Under the pieces are notes generated by a model. That model had not been told where the DNA came from and made no database searches. It worked only from the letters and a program-made list of their open reading frames with translations. This document shows positions 36,585 to 47,446 of a stretch of DNA of 64,000 bases, piece after piece. How positions within the stretch are numbered: position 1 is the first letter of the stretch; every line of letters starts with the position of its first letter. The translations under genes and the position numbers were made by a program. The stretch is from Sediminibacterium sp. (lineage in GTDB: Bacteria > Bacteroidota > Bacteroidia > Chitinophagales > Chitinophagaceae). The stretch covers positions 11,478 to 75,477 of the forward strand of contig NZ_JAUYTR010000019.1 in assembly GCF_030695065.1 (NCBI RefSeq). Reading direction: 5' to 3'.

Positions 36585-37766
36585 ATGTCTTTATATGCTC
36601 AACGAGGGGTTTCTGCTCAAAAGGAAGAAGTACACCAAGCAATTCAAAAATTAGATCAGGGTTTATATGCCCATGCTTTTTGTAAAATTTATCCCGACTT
36701 TTTATGCAATGATCCAGCATGGGTAAATATTATGCATGCAGATGGAGCGGGCACCAAGAGTATTTTGGCTTATTTGTATTGGAAGGAAACAGGAGATTTA
36801 GCTGTTTGGAAAGGAATTGCCCAAGATGCTGTTGCCATGAATTTAGACGATTTGCTTTGTGTGGGAGTAACCGATCAATTGTTGTTTTCAAGCACCATTG
36901 ATCGCAATAAATTATTGATCAATGGAGACATATTAGAGGCCATCATTAATGGTACCCAAGAATTCTTTGATACCTTAAAAACATACGGCGTACATATTCA
37001 TTATTTGGGAGGGGAAACGGCAGATGTAGGAGATGTGGTTAGAACCGTTGCAGTGAATGGTACCATGACGTCTAGATGGCCCAAGAATAAATTAATCACC
37101 AACGATTTAATTGCAGAAGGCGATGTGATTGTTGGTTTTGCAAGTGCGGGAAAAGCACATTATGAAACCGAATACAATAGTGGTTTGGGCAGCAATGGTT
37201 TAACCAGTGCAAGGCACGATGTATTAGATAAAATGTATGCCCGTCAATATCCTGAATCTTTTGAGCCTAAGTTGCAAGACAAAGTGGTGTACATTGGTAA
37301 AAATAAAATGACGGATACTATTAATATTAATGGGCAGTATATTTCTGTTGGTAAATTATTGTTGTCTCCCACTAGAACTTATGCTCCATTGATGAAGCAA
37401 TTATTGGATACGCATTTTGATCAAATTCATGGAGTGATTCATTGTAGTGGCGGTGGTCAAACCAAGTGTATGAAATATTTGCCCAAGCCTTTGCATATTG
37501 TGAAAGACAATTTGTTTACGCCGCCTCCTGTTTTTGAATTGATTAGAGAAAATTCTGGCGCAGATTGGAGAGAAATGTACCAAGTATTTAATATGGGCCA
37601 TCGCTTAGAAATTTTCACCAATGAAGCTTCTGCCAATAAAATGATTGAAACTGCTGCAGCATTGGGCATTGAGGCACAAATTGTAGGAAGGGTGGAAGCA
37701 GCAAATGCAGGCCATTCCTCTTTATTGTTGAAAGGTTCCTTTGGAGAAGTATCTTATCAATATTAA
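36585..37766 (+). CDS. purM: AIR synthase (phosphoribosylformylglycinamidine cyclo-ligase), Bacteroidota type
   Basis: Y..RGVSAQKE, HADGAGTKS, AMNLDDLLC, GGETADVGD, SNGLTSARH, MYQVFNMG; ATG at 36585. Confidence 0.85.
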   Translation: MSLYAQRGVSAQKEEVHQAIQKLDQGLYAHAFCKIYPDFLCNDPAWVNIMHADGAGTKSILAYLYWKETGDLAVWKGIAQDAVAMNLDDLLCVGVTDQLLFSSTIDRNKLLINGDILEAIINGTQEFFDTLKTYGVHIHYLGGETADVGDVVRTVAVNGTMTSRWPKNKLITNDLIAEGDVIVGFASAGKAHYETEYNSGLGSNGLTSARHDVLDKMYARQYPESFEPKLQDKVVYIGKNKMTDTININGQYISVGKLLLSPTRTYAPLMKQLLDTHFDQIHGVIHCSGGGQTKCMKYLPKPLHIVKDNLFTPPPVFELIRENSGADWREMYQVFNMGHRLEIFTNEASANKMIETAAALGIEAQIVGRVEAANAGHSSLLLKGSFGEVSYQY

Positions 37767-37789
37767 CGATTGCTTATTGGCGGAGCACT

Positions 37790-37797
37790 TATATTTG
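37790..37797 (+). promoter_or_regulatory. -7 promoter element (TATATTTG) upstream of ftsE
   Basis: TAnnTTTG match ending 12 nt before the ATG at 37810. Confidence 0.5.
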
Positions 37798-37809
37798 TAA
37801 TACTATATT

Positions 37810-38499
37810 ATGTACAATATGTCTGAAACAGTAGTCTCTTTAAAGAATGTAAATATATACCAGGGCAATAGCCTTATTTTACAAGACGTAAATTTCACCA
37901 TTAATAAAGGAGAGTTTGTTTACCTCGTGGGTAAAACCGGAACAGGTAAGAGCAGCTTATTAAAAACCTTGTATGGTGAACTAACGTTAACCGAAGGAGA
38001 AGCTTCTGTAGTAGGATTTGATTTAAGAGGAATGGATTGGAAAAAAGTTCCTTTTTTACGCAGAAATTTGGGTGTGGTATTTCAAGACTTTCAATTGTTA
38101 ACCGATAGAAATGTACACGAGAACCTCAAGTTTGTTTTAAAAGCAACTGGCTGGAAAGACGAACGTTTAATGGAGGAAAAAATAGCGGATGTGTTGGAGA
38201 AAGTGGGCTTAAAGAGCAAGGGCTTTAAAATGCCTTTCGAAATGAGTGGTGGCGAACAACAAAGGGTAGAAATTGCTAGGGCGCTGCTTAACTCGCCCAA
38301 ACTAATATTGGCCGATGAGCCTACTGGAAATTTAGATCCTGAAACCAGTGATGAAATTATGCAGTTGCTTTTTCAGATTGCCAAAGATTATGGTACTTCA
38401 GTAGTAATGGCTACCCATGATTTTATTGTAATCAATCGTTACCCAAGTAGAATGTTGAAAACAGAAAACGGTAGGGTAGCAGATAGCGCATCTAACTAA
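37810..38499 (+). CDS. ftsE: Cell-division ABC ATPase, FtsE-like
   Basis: GKTGTGKS, GVVFQDFQLL, MSGGEQQRV, ILADEPTGNLDP, ATHD. Confidence 0.8.
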   Translation: MYNMSETVVSLKNVNIYQGNSLILQDVNFTINKGEFVYLVGKTGTGKSSLLKTLYGELTLTEGEASVVGFDLRGMDWKKVPFLRRNLGVVFQDFQLLTDRNVHENLKFVLKATGWKDERLMEEKIADVLEKVGLKSKGFKMPFEMSGGEQQRVEIARALLNSPKLILADEPTGNLDPETSDEIMQLLFQIAKDYGTSVVMATHDFIVINRYPSRMLKTENGRVADSASN

Positions 38500-39620
38500 C
38501 CCCAAATCCAACCAATTTGCTTTTTTGCATTGGCTTCGTTGTTAAAGCGAGGCACCAATACTTTATTGCGTAACCTGATTTCATCTTCTGTAAAAGGCTG
38601 GTGGTACAATTGTGCTACCAGGTCTTTAAAGGCATTGGCCGTGGTTCCCACATGGCAGAGGGGCTCTAATCCAGAATCGGCAATAGTGGCTTCATTCACC
38701 ACCACATGTCGTCCATTGAATAAGGCATTCAATAATTTTACTTTCATGCCAGTTTTAATATAAGAAGGCAGCAAATGAATATGCGCTTTTGCAATCATAT
38801 CCTGCATTTCTTTTTCAGTTGGGTTGCCTACTAAACAAGAATATTTACTAGAATAAGCCAGTTCTCTTAGTTTTTCGGAGGGATTTTTGCCGGCTATTAC
38901 AAACGGAATGGCTAAGTTTTTAAATACTTTTTCCAATAACCAGGTTGCTGCTTTTTCATTGGCTTCCACACTCAAGTCGCCATGATATAGGCAGTATGAA
39001 CCAATGCCTTCCTCGCAACTGAGCTTCCAATCGGGTATATATAAGCTGAGTTCCTCAATATTTTTACAACCAAATTCGTTGCGATAAACATTGTTATCGG
39101 CTTCTTTTACTCCCCAAAAAGTGGCTTTGCCCGCTAAATTGGCTTCATATTTTTTAAGCAATCTAGACTCATTCCAATAATAAGCTTTCTTAAAAAGAGA
39201 GTTGGCATTTTTATATAAGTCTCGGTAGTATTGGTATTCTACATTATGCAATCGAACAAAACAAGCCCTTTCTTTAAAACGATCATCTTGTAATAAATAA
39301 GTACAATGCACTCCTTCCATGAATATGGGATGATTGTCTTGAAGCAAATTCTGGTAGAGTTCCTCATTAATGCGGCTGCTAACGATATAGGGCAGTTTGC
39401 TCGAAAAACCTTTATGCCCCTGGGTGCGTTGGTAGTAATGAACACTGGCACAATATTGATCCAATGCTTTTTGTTGGCCACGACCATAATCAAAACAGTG
39501 AAAATGCACTTTAATTCCTTGTGCTTGAAAAGCAGGTAATTTGTAAAAAACGTCGCTGGCACCCCCATAATTAGCAGGGAAGGGAACGTCAAAAGAAATA
39601 ATATGTAAGTGCTTTTCCAA
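38496..39620 (-). CDS. Glycosyltransferase, GT-B fold (GT4-like)
   Basis: HLHIISFDVPFPANYGG, RLHNVE, YHGDLSV, TGMKVKLLNAL; probable TTG start at 39620. Confidence 0.82.
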   Translation of the reverse strand: MEKHLHIISFDVPFPANYGGASDVFYKLPAFQAQGIKVHFHCFDYGRGQQKALDQYCASVHYYQRTQGHKGFSSKLPYIVSSRINEELYQNLLQDNHPIFMEGVHCTYLLQDDRFKERACFVRLHNVEYQYYRDLYKNANSLFKKAYYWNESRLLKKYEANLAGKATFWGVKEADNNVYRNEFGCKNIEELSLYIPDWKLSCEEGIGSYCLYHGDLSVEANEKAATWLLEKVFKNLAIPFVIAGKNPSEKLRELAYSSKYSCLVGNPTEKEMQDMIAKAHIHLLPSYIKTGMKVKLLNALFNGRHVVVNEATIADSGLEPLCHVGTTANAFKDLVAQLYHQPFTEDEIRLRNKVLVPRFNNEANAKKQIGWIWG

Positions 39621-39621
39621 A

Positions 39622-40833
39622 TTAGAGGCGGCTATAAAAGGCAATTAATTGATTGGACTCGTTCTCCCAGTTCAACACTTTAGCTGCTTTGGAGCATTCT
39701 TGTTGGAGTCTGTTGTAAAGAACATCATCTGATAGCAAATTGTTCAAAGCTGCTGCAATTGTGGAAGGTTCTATATTATCAATTAGCAAAGCAAATGGAT
39801 TTGCTTTAACAATTTGGGCATACATCGGGTAATTGACACATACTTGTGGAACACCTGCAGCCATATAATCGAAGAAGCGGTTGGCCAATGAATAGAATTG
39901 GTTAACCCCCTCTGCTTCAAAAATAGTGATTCCAATATGGGCCAATGGGGTAAGCATTTTTAATTCGGCAGGGGGTATGGGGGGATGGATAAAGACCTTT
40001 TGCTCTAACCCATACGCTTCAATTAAAGCGGTTGTTTGGGCTAAAAAGTTTCCTTGGCCTACAATCAGGAGTGGTGCATTCACCCATTGCATTGCTGGAA
40101 TAAGCTGTTCAAAACCTCTTCCATGGTTAACCGCTCCTTGATATATAATAAATTTTGATTTAAACTGATTATTAAGTAATTGTAATAGGTTATTTGATGT
40201 GAAATTAAATGATGATTTACTATTATCGATGGGCAGTTCTGCCAAAACGGCGCCTTTTTCGGGGGATATTTGCGAATTGTTAATTGATTCGTTTTGGGTG
40301 GATGGAAGGTTTCTGATGACTTCAAGTTTAATTTGAAGTTGCTCATAAAATAGGTCGGCCAAGTGTTGGTTCACTGTATAGCCAACTTTAAAATGGGGCA
40401 GGGCACTTCTTTCAATCCATTTCCATACCGTTTGAACCATAGGCCTGGTTCGTACTTCCTTCATCTCGGTGAAGTATTCATGGGCATCATACACCCTTTT
40501 CTTGCGCCTGAGCCAAGTAGCCAACCATACGGGGAGGATGGTATCTAAATCAATTGCACATGCTGTATCATATGATAATGAGCATAATAGAATAAATAAC
40601 TTAATATTAAATTCTAGGTAAAATAGCGGTCCCTTCTGGAAAAAACAATTCAATCTTTGTTGCTGATAGCTTACATGGTACAATGGTGGAATGGGGAGTG
40701 GGATAGATCCCCGTCTTTTTACCCCTATTATCCTTACTTGGAAGCCATTGACTGCTAAGCTGCTGCAGATTCGATGCATCCGCTGGTCGTAGCTAATATC
40801 GTTGGTAACGGTGAAAACAATGGACTGCATCAA
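39622..40833 (-). CDS. Glycosyltransferase family 4
   Basis: VTNDISYDQRMHR, VYDAHEYF, YQGAVNHGRGFE, SLANRFFDYMAAGVP. Confidence 0.88.
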   Translation of the reverse strand: MMQSIVFTVTNDISYDQRMHRICSSLAVNGFQVRIIGVKRRGSIPLPIPPLYHVSYQQQRLNCFFQKGPLFYLEFNIKLFILLCSLSYDTACAIDLDTILPVWLATWLRRKKRVYDAHEYFTEMKEVRTRPMVQTVWKWIERSALPHFKVGYTVNQHLADLFYEQLQIKLEVIRNLPSTQNESINNSQISPEKGAVLAELPIDNSKSSFNFTSNNLLQLLNNQFKSKFIIYQGAVNHGRGFEQLIPAMQWVNAPLLIVGQGNFLAQTTALIEAYGLEQKVFIHPPIPPAELKMLTPLAHIGITIFEAEGVNQFYSLANRFFDYMAAGVPQVCVNYPMYAQIVKANPFALLIDNIEPSTIAAALNNLLSDDVLYNRLQQECSKAAKVLNWENESNQLIAFYSRL

Positions 40834-40970
40834 ACAAATATAACTTCAATATTAATTTGAAGTCTATACACATTTTTGGTGGATAACTCGCTTGTTATTC
40901 ACAATAGGCTTTTACCCCTATTAATTCTTCTTCTTTTACCTTATGTTCGCAAGTACTAAACAACGATAAC

Positions 40971-43900
40971 GTGAGATTAAAATCATTAGAAATCAAGGGG
41001 TTTAAAAGTTTTGCTGATAAAACAGTTGTAAGCTTTGACGAAGGCATAACAGGGATCATTGGACCAAACGGTTGTGGGAAGAGTAATATCATTGATAGTA
41101 TTCGTTGGGTAATTGGGGAGCAAAAGATTTCGGCTTTAAGAAGTGAGAATTTAGAAGCATTGGTTTTTAACGGAAGTAAAACCAGAAGTGCGAGTGGATT
41201 GGCGGAAGTAAGTTTGACTTTTGAGAACACCAAAAATTTACTACCAACTGAATTTAGTACAGTAACAGTAACCAGAAGATTTTATAAAAATGGGGAGAGT
41301 GAATACAGGCTCAACGATGTTACTTGTAGATTAAAAGATATTCATAATTTGTTTTTAGACACGGGTGTTAGTACCGACAGTTATGCCATCATCGAATTGG
41401 GCATGGTAGACGATATCATCAAAGACAAAGAAAACAGTCGTAGAAGAATGTTGGAACAAGCGGCTGGAATTACCATTTATAAAACCCGTAAAAAAGAAGC
41501 CAAGAATAAACTGGATGCTACCGAGCAAGACTTAGCTCGTATTGAAGACCTTTTATTTGAAATCAATAACCAATTAAAAACTTTGGAGAGCCAAGCTCGC
41601 AAGGCGGAGAAGTTTTATGAAATCAAAAAAGAATACAAAGAAGTAGCGGTTGAATTGGCTAAAGCTGCTTTGGAAGGATTCAATATTTCTTATCGTGAAC
41701 TAACTGAGCAACAAGAATTAGAGCTAGATAAGAAAATACAATTGGAAGCAGAAATTGCTACCGAAGAAGCGGCCATTGAGCAAGAGAAAGTGTCATTTAT
41801 TGCGCAAGAGAGAGCGCTCCAAAGCATGCAACATGGGTTTAATGAATTGCAACAAAACCTTCGTTCTACAGAGAATGACAAGAACCTTGCAAGTCAAAAA
41901 CTACAATACTTAAAAGAAAAAGAAACCAACTTAAAGGATTTCCTAGAAAAAGCAGAAGGTCAATTAAAAACCATTGGAGATTCCATTGAATACTCTCAAA
42001 TGCAAGTGGGCGAGGAAGAAGCGAATTTGGCGGTATTGCAAGATCGGGTTACCGAAGCCAAAGTAGAAGTGGAAACCAAACGCCAGGTATTTGATGAAAA
42101 GCGTTCTGGGGTAGATGCGGTAAGAAACCAGTACCAACAATACCAGCGCAATCAGTTTGATGCTGAGAAAAAAGTGGCGGTTGCAGATACTTCTATTCAG
42201 AACTTACAAAGAATGCAATTGCAATTAACCGATGAGCGAACCAATCGTTTACAGCAGTTGACCCAGTTGCAAGCAGAAAGCACCGAGAAGGAAGAAGCTT
42301 TAGAAATGAAGCGGGTAGACTTGGTTCAGTTACAAGAGCAGCACGAAAAAACAAAAGAACAGATTTTTGAAACCCAGCAACAATTAGAAGTGTTGAGAGG
42401 GGAGTTGGCCGATGAGAACCGTAAATTAGATGCCAAGCGCAACGAATACAATTTGTTGAAAAGCTTGATTGATTCAATGGAAGGTTATCCAGAAAGCATT
42501 AAGTTCTTGCATAAGAACAATGATTGGAACCATGCAGCCCCTATTTTATCGGATATCATTTATGTTAAAGAAGAATACCGCACTGCAGTTGAAAATGTAT
42601 TGGAGCCTTACCTAAACTATTATGTGGTGAACAATTTAGGGGAGGGATTGAAAGCCGTTCATTTATTAGACGATAACAAGAAGGGCAAAGCCAATTTCTT
42701 TTTATTAGACCAGTTTGCCAATTTTCAAAATAATACCCATCAACCTGCCAATACCTTAAAAGCGTTGGATGTAATTGAGGTAGACGACCAATATTATAAG
42801 CTAGCAGAATATTTATTGGGCAATGTTTACATTGGTGAAAACGAAGAAGCGATTCATAACTCAAATGGGGCGGTTGTTTTAGAAAAGACGGGTAAATATG
42901 TAAAAGGGAAATATACCCTTACCGGTGGAAGTGTTGGGCTTTTTGAAGGTAAAAAGATTGGCCGTGCTAAAAACTTAGAAAAGTTAGCTGAAGAAATTCA
43001 GGACCAAGAATCGGTAGTAAGTTTATTAAAAGCAGATATCCAAGCAAAACACAATGAAGTCATCACTTTCAGTGACCAATTGAAAGAACATGCCATTAGA
43101 GCAACCGAGCAAGAAATTAATCAGTTGACCAACCAGGTTTTTGCTGCTAAAAATAAAATAGAAAATTTACAAGCTGCCCAGCAAAACGGCGAGCAGCGCT
43201 TGGCAGATATTGAAGGCCGTTTGCAAGATGAGCAAGATGCCATTGCAGAAACCAGAGAAGTATTGATTGAATTAAATGTTCAATTGCAAAATACGGCCGA
43301 GCAAATGCGCAATTTAGAGCAAGACTACCAAGAATCGGAGCAAGCTTATCATTTTGCATCAGGTCAATTTAATGAAACCAATTTGCAGTTGACTCGTCAA
43401 CAGAGCAAATTGACCACCATTAAACAAGAGTTGTTATTTAAAGAGAATCAATTGAATGATTTGCATGAGCAAATCAAAAACAATACTGCGCAATTAGCTG
43501 AAGCAGAACAGGCAATTGTGGATGGAGTGGCTTCTTTACAAGAAGTGGAGCAATTATTGCTCGAATTAATGCGCAATAAAGAAGCCGAAGAAATTAAGTT
43601 GAACGAGGCAGACCAGGCTTACTACAATTATAGAAATGCATTACAGGAGAAAGAGAGTGCGCTTAGAATGAAAGTGAAGAGCAAGGAAATGATTGATCAT
43701 TTAGTGAATGAACTAAAAGACAAACTCAATGAACTCAAATTGCAGTTGGCTGGAATGAAGGAGCGCTTGCATGTTGAGTTTAAGATTGAGCTAGACGAAA
43801 TCCTTGATCAACCTAGAACTTCTGATACCCCGCTTGAAGAATTGCAGGCTGCTTCAGATAGAATGCGCAAACGCATGGACAATATGGGTGAAGTAAACCC

Positions 43901-44489
43901 CACTGCCATTGAAGCTTACACTGAAATGAAGAAGCGTTACGACTTTATTTTAGAACAGAAGAACGACTTGGTAACTGCCAAAGAAAGTTTATTGCAAACC
44001 ATATTAGAAGTAGAAGAAACGGCCAATCAGTTGTTCTTAGAAACTTTTAATAAGGTAAGAGAGAATTTCCAGAAAGTGTTCAAAGCCTTGTTTACCGAAG
44101 AAGATACCGCAGATATGTTGATGGTAAACCCTGATAACTTAGCAGATACCGGTATTGAAATTGTAGCAAAGCCAAAGGGCAAACGTCCTAGCTCTATTAC
44201 CCAGTTAAGTGGAGGAGAAAAAACCTTGACGGCTACCGCATTATTGTTTGCCATTTATCTAATTAAACCTGCACCATTCTGTATTTTGGATGAGGTAGAT
44301 GCACCATTGGATGATGCCAACGTTGGTAAGTTTACTCAGATGATCAAGAAATTCAGTGACAATTCTCAGTTCATTATTGTAACCCACAATAAGCAAACCA
44401 TGGGAGCCGTAGACGTGATTTACGGGGTAACCATGCAGGAACCTGGGGTTAGTAAGCTGGTTCCAGTAGATTTCAGGAGTTTGAACTAA
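40971..44489 (+). CDS. smc: Chromosome segregation protein SMC
   Basis: GPNGCGKSN Walker A, long coiled coils with a central hinge, LSGGEK signature, ILDEVDAPLD; GTG start. Confidence 0.97.
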   Translation: MRLKSLEIKGFKSFADKTVVSFDEGITGIIGPNGCGKSNIIDSIRWVIGEQKISALRSENLEALVFNGSKTRSASGLAEVSLTFENTKNLLPTEFSTVTVTRRFYKNGESEYRLNDVTCRLKDIHNLFLDTGVSTDSYAIIELGMVDDIIKDKENSRRRMLEQAAGITIYKTRKKEAKNKLDATEQDLARIEDLLFEINNQLKTLESQARKAEKFYEIKKEYKEVAVELAKAALEGFNISYRELTEQQELELDKKIQLEAEIATEEAAIEQEKVSFIAQERALQSMQHGFNELQQNLRSTENDKNLASQKLQYLKEKETNLKDFLEKAEGQLKTIGDSIEYSQMQVGEEEANLAVLQDRVTEAKVEVETKRQVFDEKRSGVDAVRNQYQQYQRNQFDAEKKVAVADTSIQNLQRMQLQLTDERTNRLQQLTQLQAESTEKEEALEMKRVDLVQLQEQHEKTKEQIFETQQQLEVLRGELADENRKLDAKRNEYNLLKSLIDSMEGYPESIKFLHKNNDWNHAAPILSDIIYVKEEYRTAVENVLEPYLNYYVVNNLGEGLKAVHLLDDNKKGKANFFLLDQFANFQNNTHQPANTLKALDVIEVDDQYYKLAEYLLGNVYIGENEEAIHNSNGAVVLEKTGKYVKGKYTLTGGSVGLFEGKKIGRAKNLEKLAEEIQDQESVVSLLKADIQAKHNEVITFSDQLKEHAIRATEQEINQLTNQVFAAKNKIENLQAAQQNGEQRLADIEGRLQDEQDAIAETREVLIELNVQLQNTAEQMRNLEQDYQESEQAYHFASGQFNETNLQLTRQQSKLTTIKQELLFKENQLNDLHEQIKNNTAQLAEAEQAIVDGVASLQEVEQLLLELMRNKEAEEIKLNEADQAYYNYRNALQEKESALRMKVKSKEMIDHLVNELKDKLNELKLQLAGMKERLHVEFKIELDEILDQPRTSDTPLEELQAASDRMRKRMDNMGEVNPTAIEAYTEMKKRYDFILEQKNDLVTAKESLLQTILEVEETANQLFLETFNKVRENFQKVFKALFTEEDTADMLMVNPDNLADTGIEIVAKPKGKRPSSITQLSGGEKTLTATALLFAIYLIKPAPFCILDEVDAPLDDANVGKFTQMIKKFSDNSQFIIVTHNKQTMGAVDVIYGVTMQEPGVSKLVPVDFRSLN

Positions 44490-44501
44490 CTGTATAAAGA
44501 T

Positions 44502-44509
44502 TACCTTTG
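44502..44509 (+). promoter_or_regulatory. -7 promoter element (TACCTTTG) upstream of prfC
   Basis: TAnnTTTG match that overlaps the first base of the hairpin at 44509. Confidence 0.6.
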
Positions 44510-44540
44510 CGCCTCCATTTTATTATTGGGGGCGCTTTTA
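44509..44540 (+). terminator. Terminator-like hairpin between smc and prfC
   Basis: GCGCCTCCA-ttttattat-TGGGGGCGC 9-bp stem (one G-U) followed by TTTTA. Confidence 0.65.
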
Positions 44541-44548
44541 TTATATAT

Positions 44549-46135
44549 ATGAAGTACGAGAAAGAAATCAACAGGAGAAAAACATTTGCCATCATCTCTC
44601 ACCCAGATGCAGGTAAAACCACTTTAACAGAGAAGTTATTGTTGTTTGGTGGTGCTATTCAAGTGGCAGGTGCAGTGAAGAGCAATAAAATTAAAAAAGG
44701 AGCTACTTCAGATTTTATGGAAATTGAACGCCAGAGAGGAATCTCTGTGGCTACTTCGGTAATGACTTTTGAGTACCAAAATATTCTCATCAATTTATTG
44801 GATACGCCCGGCCACAAAGACTTTGCAGAAGATACTTATCGTACGCTTACTGCGGTAGACAGTGTAATCTTGGTGATTGATAGTGTAAACGGGGTAGAAG
44901 CACAAACCAGAAGATTGATGGAAGTATGTCGCATGCGAGACACGCCTGTAATTGTATTCATCAATAAAATGGACCGTGATGGAAAGAACAGATTCGACCT
45001 TTTAGAAGAAATTGAAAAAGAATTAGGAATATCCTTACACCCAATGACCTGGCCCATCAATAGTGGGAAAGAGTTTAAAGGAGTATACAATTTAGACAAT
45101 AAGAGCTTGCGTTTATTTACGGCCAGCACCAAGGCAGAGGAAGAAGACGTGATTGCCATTACCGATTTAGCAGATCCTGTTTTGGATGCGAAAGTGGGGG
45201 CACGTGATGCCAATCAACTAAGAGAAGACGTAGAACTGATTGATGGTGTTTACGGGGACTTAAATCCAGAAGATTATTTAAGTGGATCCATCGCGCCGGT
45301 ATTTTTTGGATCTGCGGTGAATAATTTTGGGGTAAAGGAAATGCTCGACACATTTATTAGAATTGCGCCCGTACCTAGATCTCGTGAAACAACCACTAGA
45401 ACTATTGAAGTAGGAGAAGAAAAATTCAGTGGGTTTATTTTTAAGATACATGCCAACCTAGATCCTAAGCACAGAGACCGTATTGCATTTATGCGTGTTT
45501 GCAGTGGTAGGTTTGAGCGTAATAAATATTTTCACCATGTTCGTTTAAATAAAGACATGCGTTTTAGTAATCCCTACAGCTTTATGGCACGCTCTAAAGA
45601 AGTAGTGGAAGATGCTTATGCTGGAGATGTAGTGGGTTTATTTGATACGGGTAATTTTAAAATTGGCGATACCATGACAGAAGGAGAGAACTACTATTTT
45701 AGTGGTATCCCTACCTTTTCACCCGAAATATTTAAGGAGTTGGTGAATAAGGATCCAATGAAAACCAAACAACTCGAGAAAGGAATTAGCCAGCTAACCG
45801 ATGAAGGGGTTGCCCAATTATTTACTCAACACGGGGGAAACAAAAAAATCATTGGTTGTGTGGGTGAATTGCAATTTGAAGTAATTCAATACCGACTCTT
45901 ACAAGAATATGGCGCTGCTTGTGAATTTAGAACCTTGCCTTTTTATAAAGCTTGTTGGTTAACCAGCAAAGACCCTAAAAAATTAGAAGACTTCTTAAGA
46001 TTCAAACAGCAAAACGCCGCTGCAGACAAAGACGAACAGCCTGTTTACCTAGCACAAAGCGAATGGTTCTTAAATACTGAAATCACCAATAACCCAGATA
46101 TTACTTTTCACTTTACCAGTGAAGTACATAAGTAA
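44549..46135 (+). CDS. prfC: Peptide chain release factor 3
   Basis: [43 protein letters not shown]; ATG at 44549. Confidence 0.97.
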   Translation: MKYEKEINRRKTFAIISHPDAGKTTLTEKLLLFGGAIQVAGAVKSNKIKKGATSDFMEIERQRGISVATSVMTFEYQNILINLLDTPGHKDFAEDTYRTLTAVDSVILVIDSVNGVEAQTRRLMEVCRMRDTPVIVFINKMDRDGKNRFDLLEEIEKELGISLHPMTWPINSGKEFKGVYNLDNKSLRLFTASTKAEEEDVIAITDLADPVLDAKVGARDANQLREDVELIDGVYGDLNPEDYLSGSIAPVFFGSAVNNFGVKEMLDTFIRIAPVPRSRETTTRTIEVGEEKFSGFIFKIHANLDPKHRDRIAFMRVCSGRFERNKYFHHVRLNKDMRFSNPYSFMARSKEVVEDAYAGDVVGLFDTGNFKIGDTMTEGENYYFSGIPTFSPEIFKELVNKDPMKTKQLEKGISQLTDEGVAQLFTQHGGNKKIIGCVGELQFEVIQYRLLQEYGAACEFRTLPFYKACWLTSKDPKKLEDFLRFKQQNAAADKDEQPVYLAQSEWFLNTEITNNPDITFHFTSEVHK

Positions 46136-46179
46136 TACAGGTAATGGTATGCATTTAAGGAAATTGTATCTTTAAGTGT

Positions 46180-47436
46180 ATGAATAAATTACTCGGTTTT
46201 ATTGATTTGCAAAATGGCGAAGAAGAAAAAGCCAAAGTATTAGACAATGTTGTGCGCAATACCAGCTTTAGGGGGGCCAACCTTTGGATATTGGCTTGTG
46301 CAATTGTGGTGGCTTCGGTTGGTTTGAATGTGAATTCAACTGCAGTAATCATTGGTGCCATGTTAATTTCACCTTTAATGGGCCCTATTGTTGGAGCTGG
46401 CTTTGCTTTGGGTACCTATGATTTTCTTTTATTAAAAAAGTCGGGCAAGAATTTATTGATTGCTACGGTGGTGAGTTTAATTGTATCCACTTTGTATTTT
46501 TTAATCAGTCCTTTTAAAGATGCGCAGAGTGAATTATTGGCTAGAACCTCGCCCAATATTTATGATGTGCTGATTGCTTTTTTTGGTGGCTTAGTTGGTG
46601 TAATTGCCATTACCAGGGCAGAGAAAGGGAACCCCATTCCAGGAGTAGCTATTGCTACCGCGTTGATGCCCCCATTGTGTACTGCAGGGTATGGGTTGGC
46701 AATGGGCAATTATGCTTATTTCCTAGGTGCCTTATATTTATATACCATCAATTGTTTTTTTATCGGCATTGCCACTTTTGTAATTGTAAAATACCTGAAT
46801 TATCCTTTAGTAAATCATGTAAATAAAATTAAGCAGAAGCAAATAAGAAATACCATAAGCATGTTGATCATATTGCTGTTGGTCCCAAGTATTTACTTTG
46901 CTTATCAAATGATACGAGAGAAAAAATTTAAGGCAAGGGTGGATAATTTTATTAAAACAGAATTTACTGATAAAGGACAAATGGTTGTTCACAAAAAAGT
47001 AGCTGTATTTCCAACCAGTAAAATTGAATTGGCTTTTTTAACCAAGCAGTTTAGTAATAATGAAGTTGCTTCTTTACAAAATAAGTTAGCTCAATACAAA
47101 TTACCTAATACTCGTTTAGTGATTTTACAAGACTCTATTATTGCCAACCCTTCTAGTGTAAATGAAATTGGCTATATGCTTTCTGTACAAAAAGAGTTGG
47201 AAAAAAGATCGCTCAATCAAGAAATGGTCTTCAAAGAAATGGCTATTTTATTCCCTGAAATAGTTCCTGTTTCTATGGGCAACCACGACTATTATTTGGG
47301 TACAGATAGTAGTAAGCAAGTAACCGTTTTGTTGTACCAAAATAATAGTTCATTAGATACTTCTAACTCAGCTAAACTGACTGCATGGTTACAACAAAAG
47401 TTGCAAAAACAACATATCGAATTAATTCGAAAATAA
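46180..47436 (+). CDS. DUF389-family membrane protein
   Basis: ASVGLNVNSTAVIIGAMLISPLMGPI, ELLARTSPN, IPGVAIATALMPPLC; soluble C-terminal tail. Confidence 0.88.
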   Translation: MNKLLGFIDLQNGEEEKAKVLDNVVRNTSFRGANLWILACAIVVASVGLNVNSTAVIIGAMLISPLMGPIVGAGFALGTYDFLLLKKSGKNLLIATVVSLIVSTLYFLISPFKDAQSELLARTSPNIYDVLIAFFGGLVGVIAITRAEKGNPIPGVAIATALMPPLCTAGYGLAMGNYAYFLGALYLYTINCFFIGIATFVIVKYLNYPLVNHVNKIKQKQIRNTISMLIILLLVPSIYFAYQMIREKKFKARVDNFIKTEFTDKGQMVVHKKVAVFPTSKIELAFLTKQFSNNEVASLQNKLAQYKLPNTRLVILQDSIIANPSSVNEIGYMLSVQKELEKRSLNQEMVFKEMAILFPEIVPVSMGNHDYYLGTDSSKQVTVLLYQNNSSLDTSNSAKLTAWLQQKLQKQHIELIRK

Positions 47437-47446
47437 AGGGTTGGTT

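Noticed and set aside
37810-38499. ftsE without an adjacent ftsX
   Set aside because: To my knowledge unlinked ftsE and ftsX are common in Bacteroidota.
40971-44489. smc without adjacent scpA/scpB, and a possible defence SMC (Wadjet-like)
   Set aside because: Canonical-length housekeeping SMC with a hinge and no jet-like neighbours; scp genes are often unlinked.
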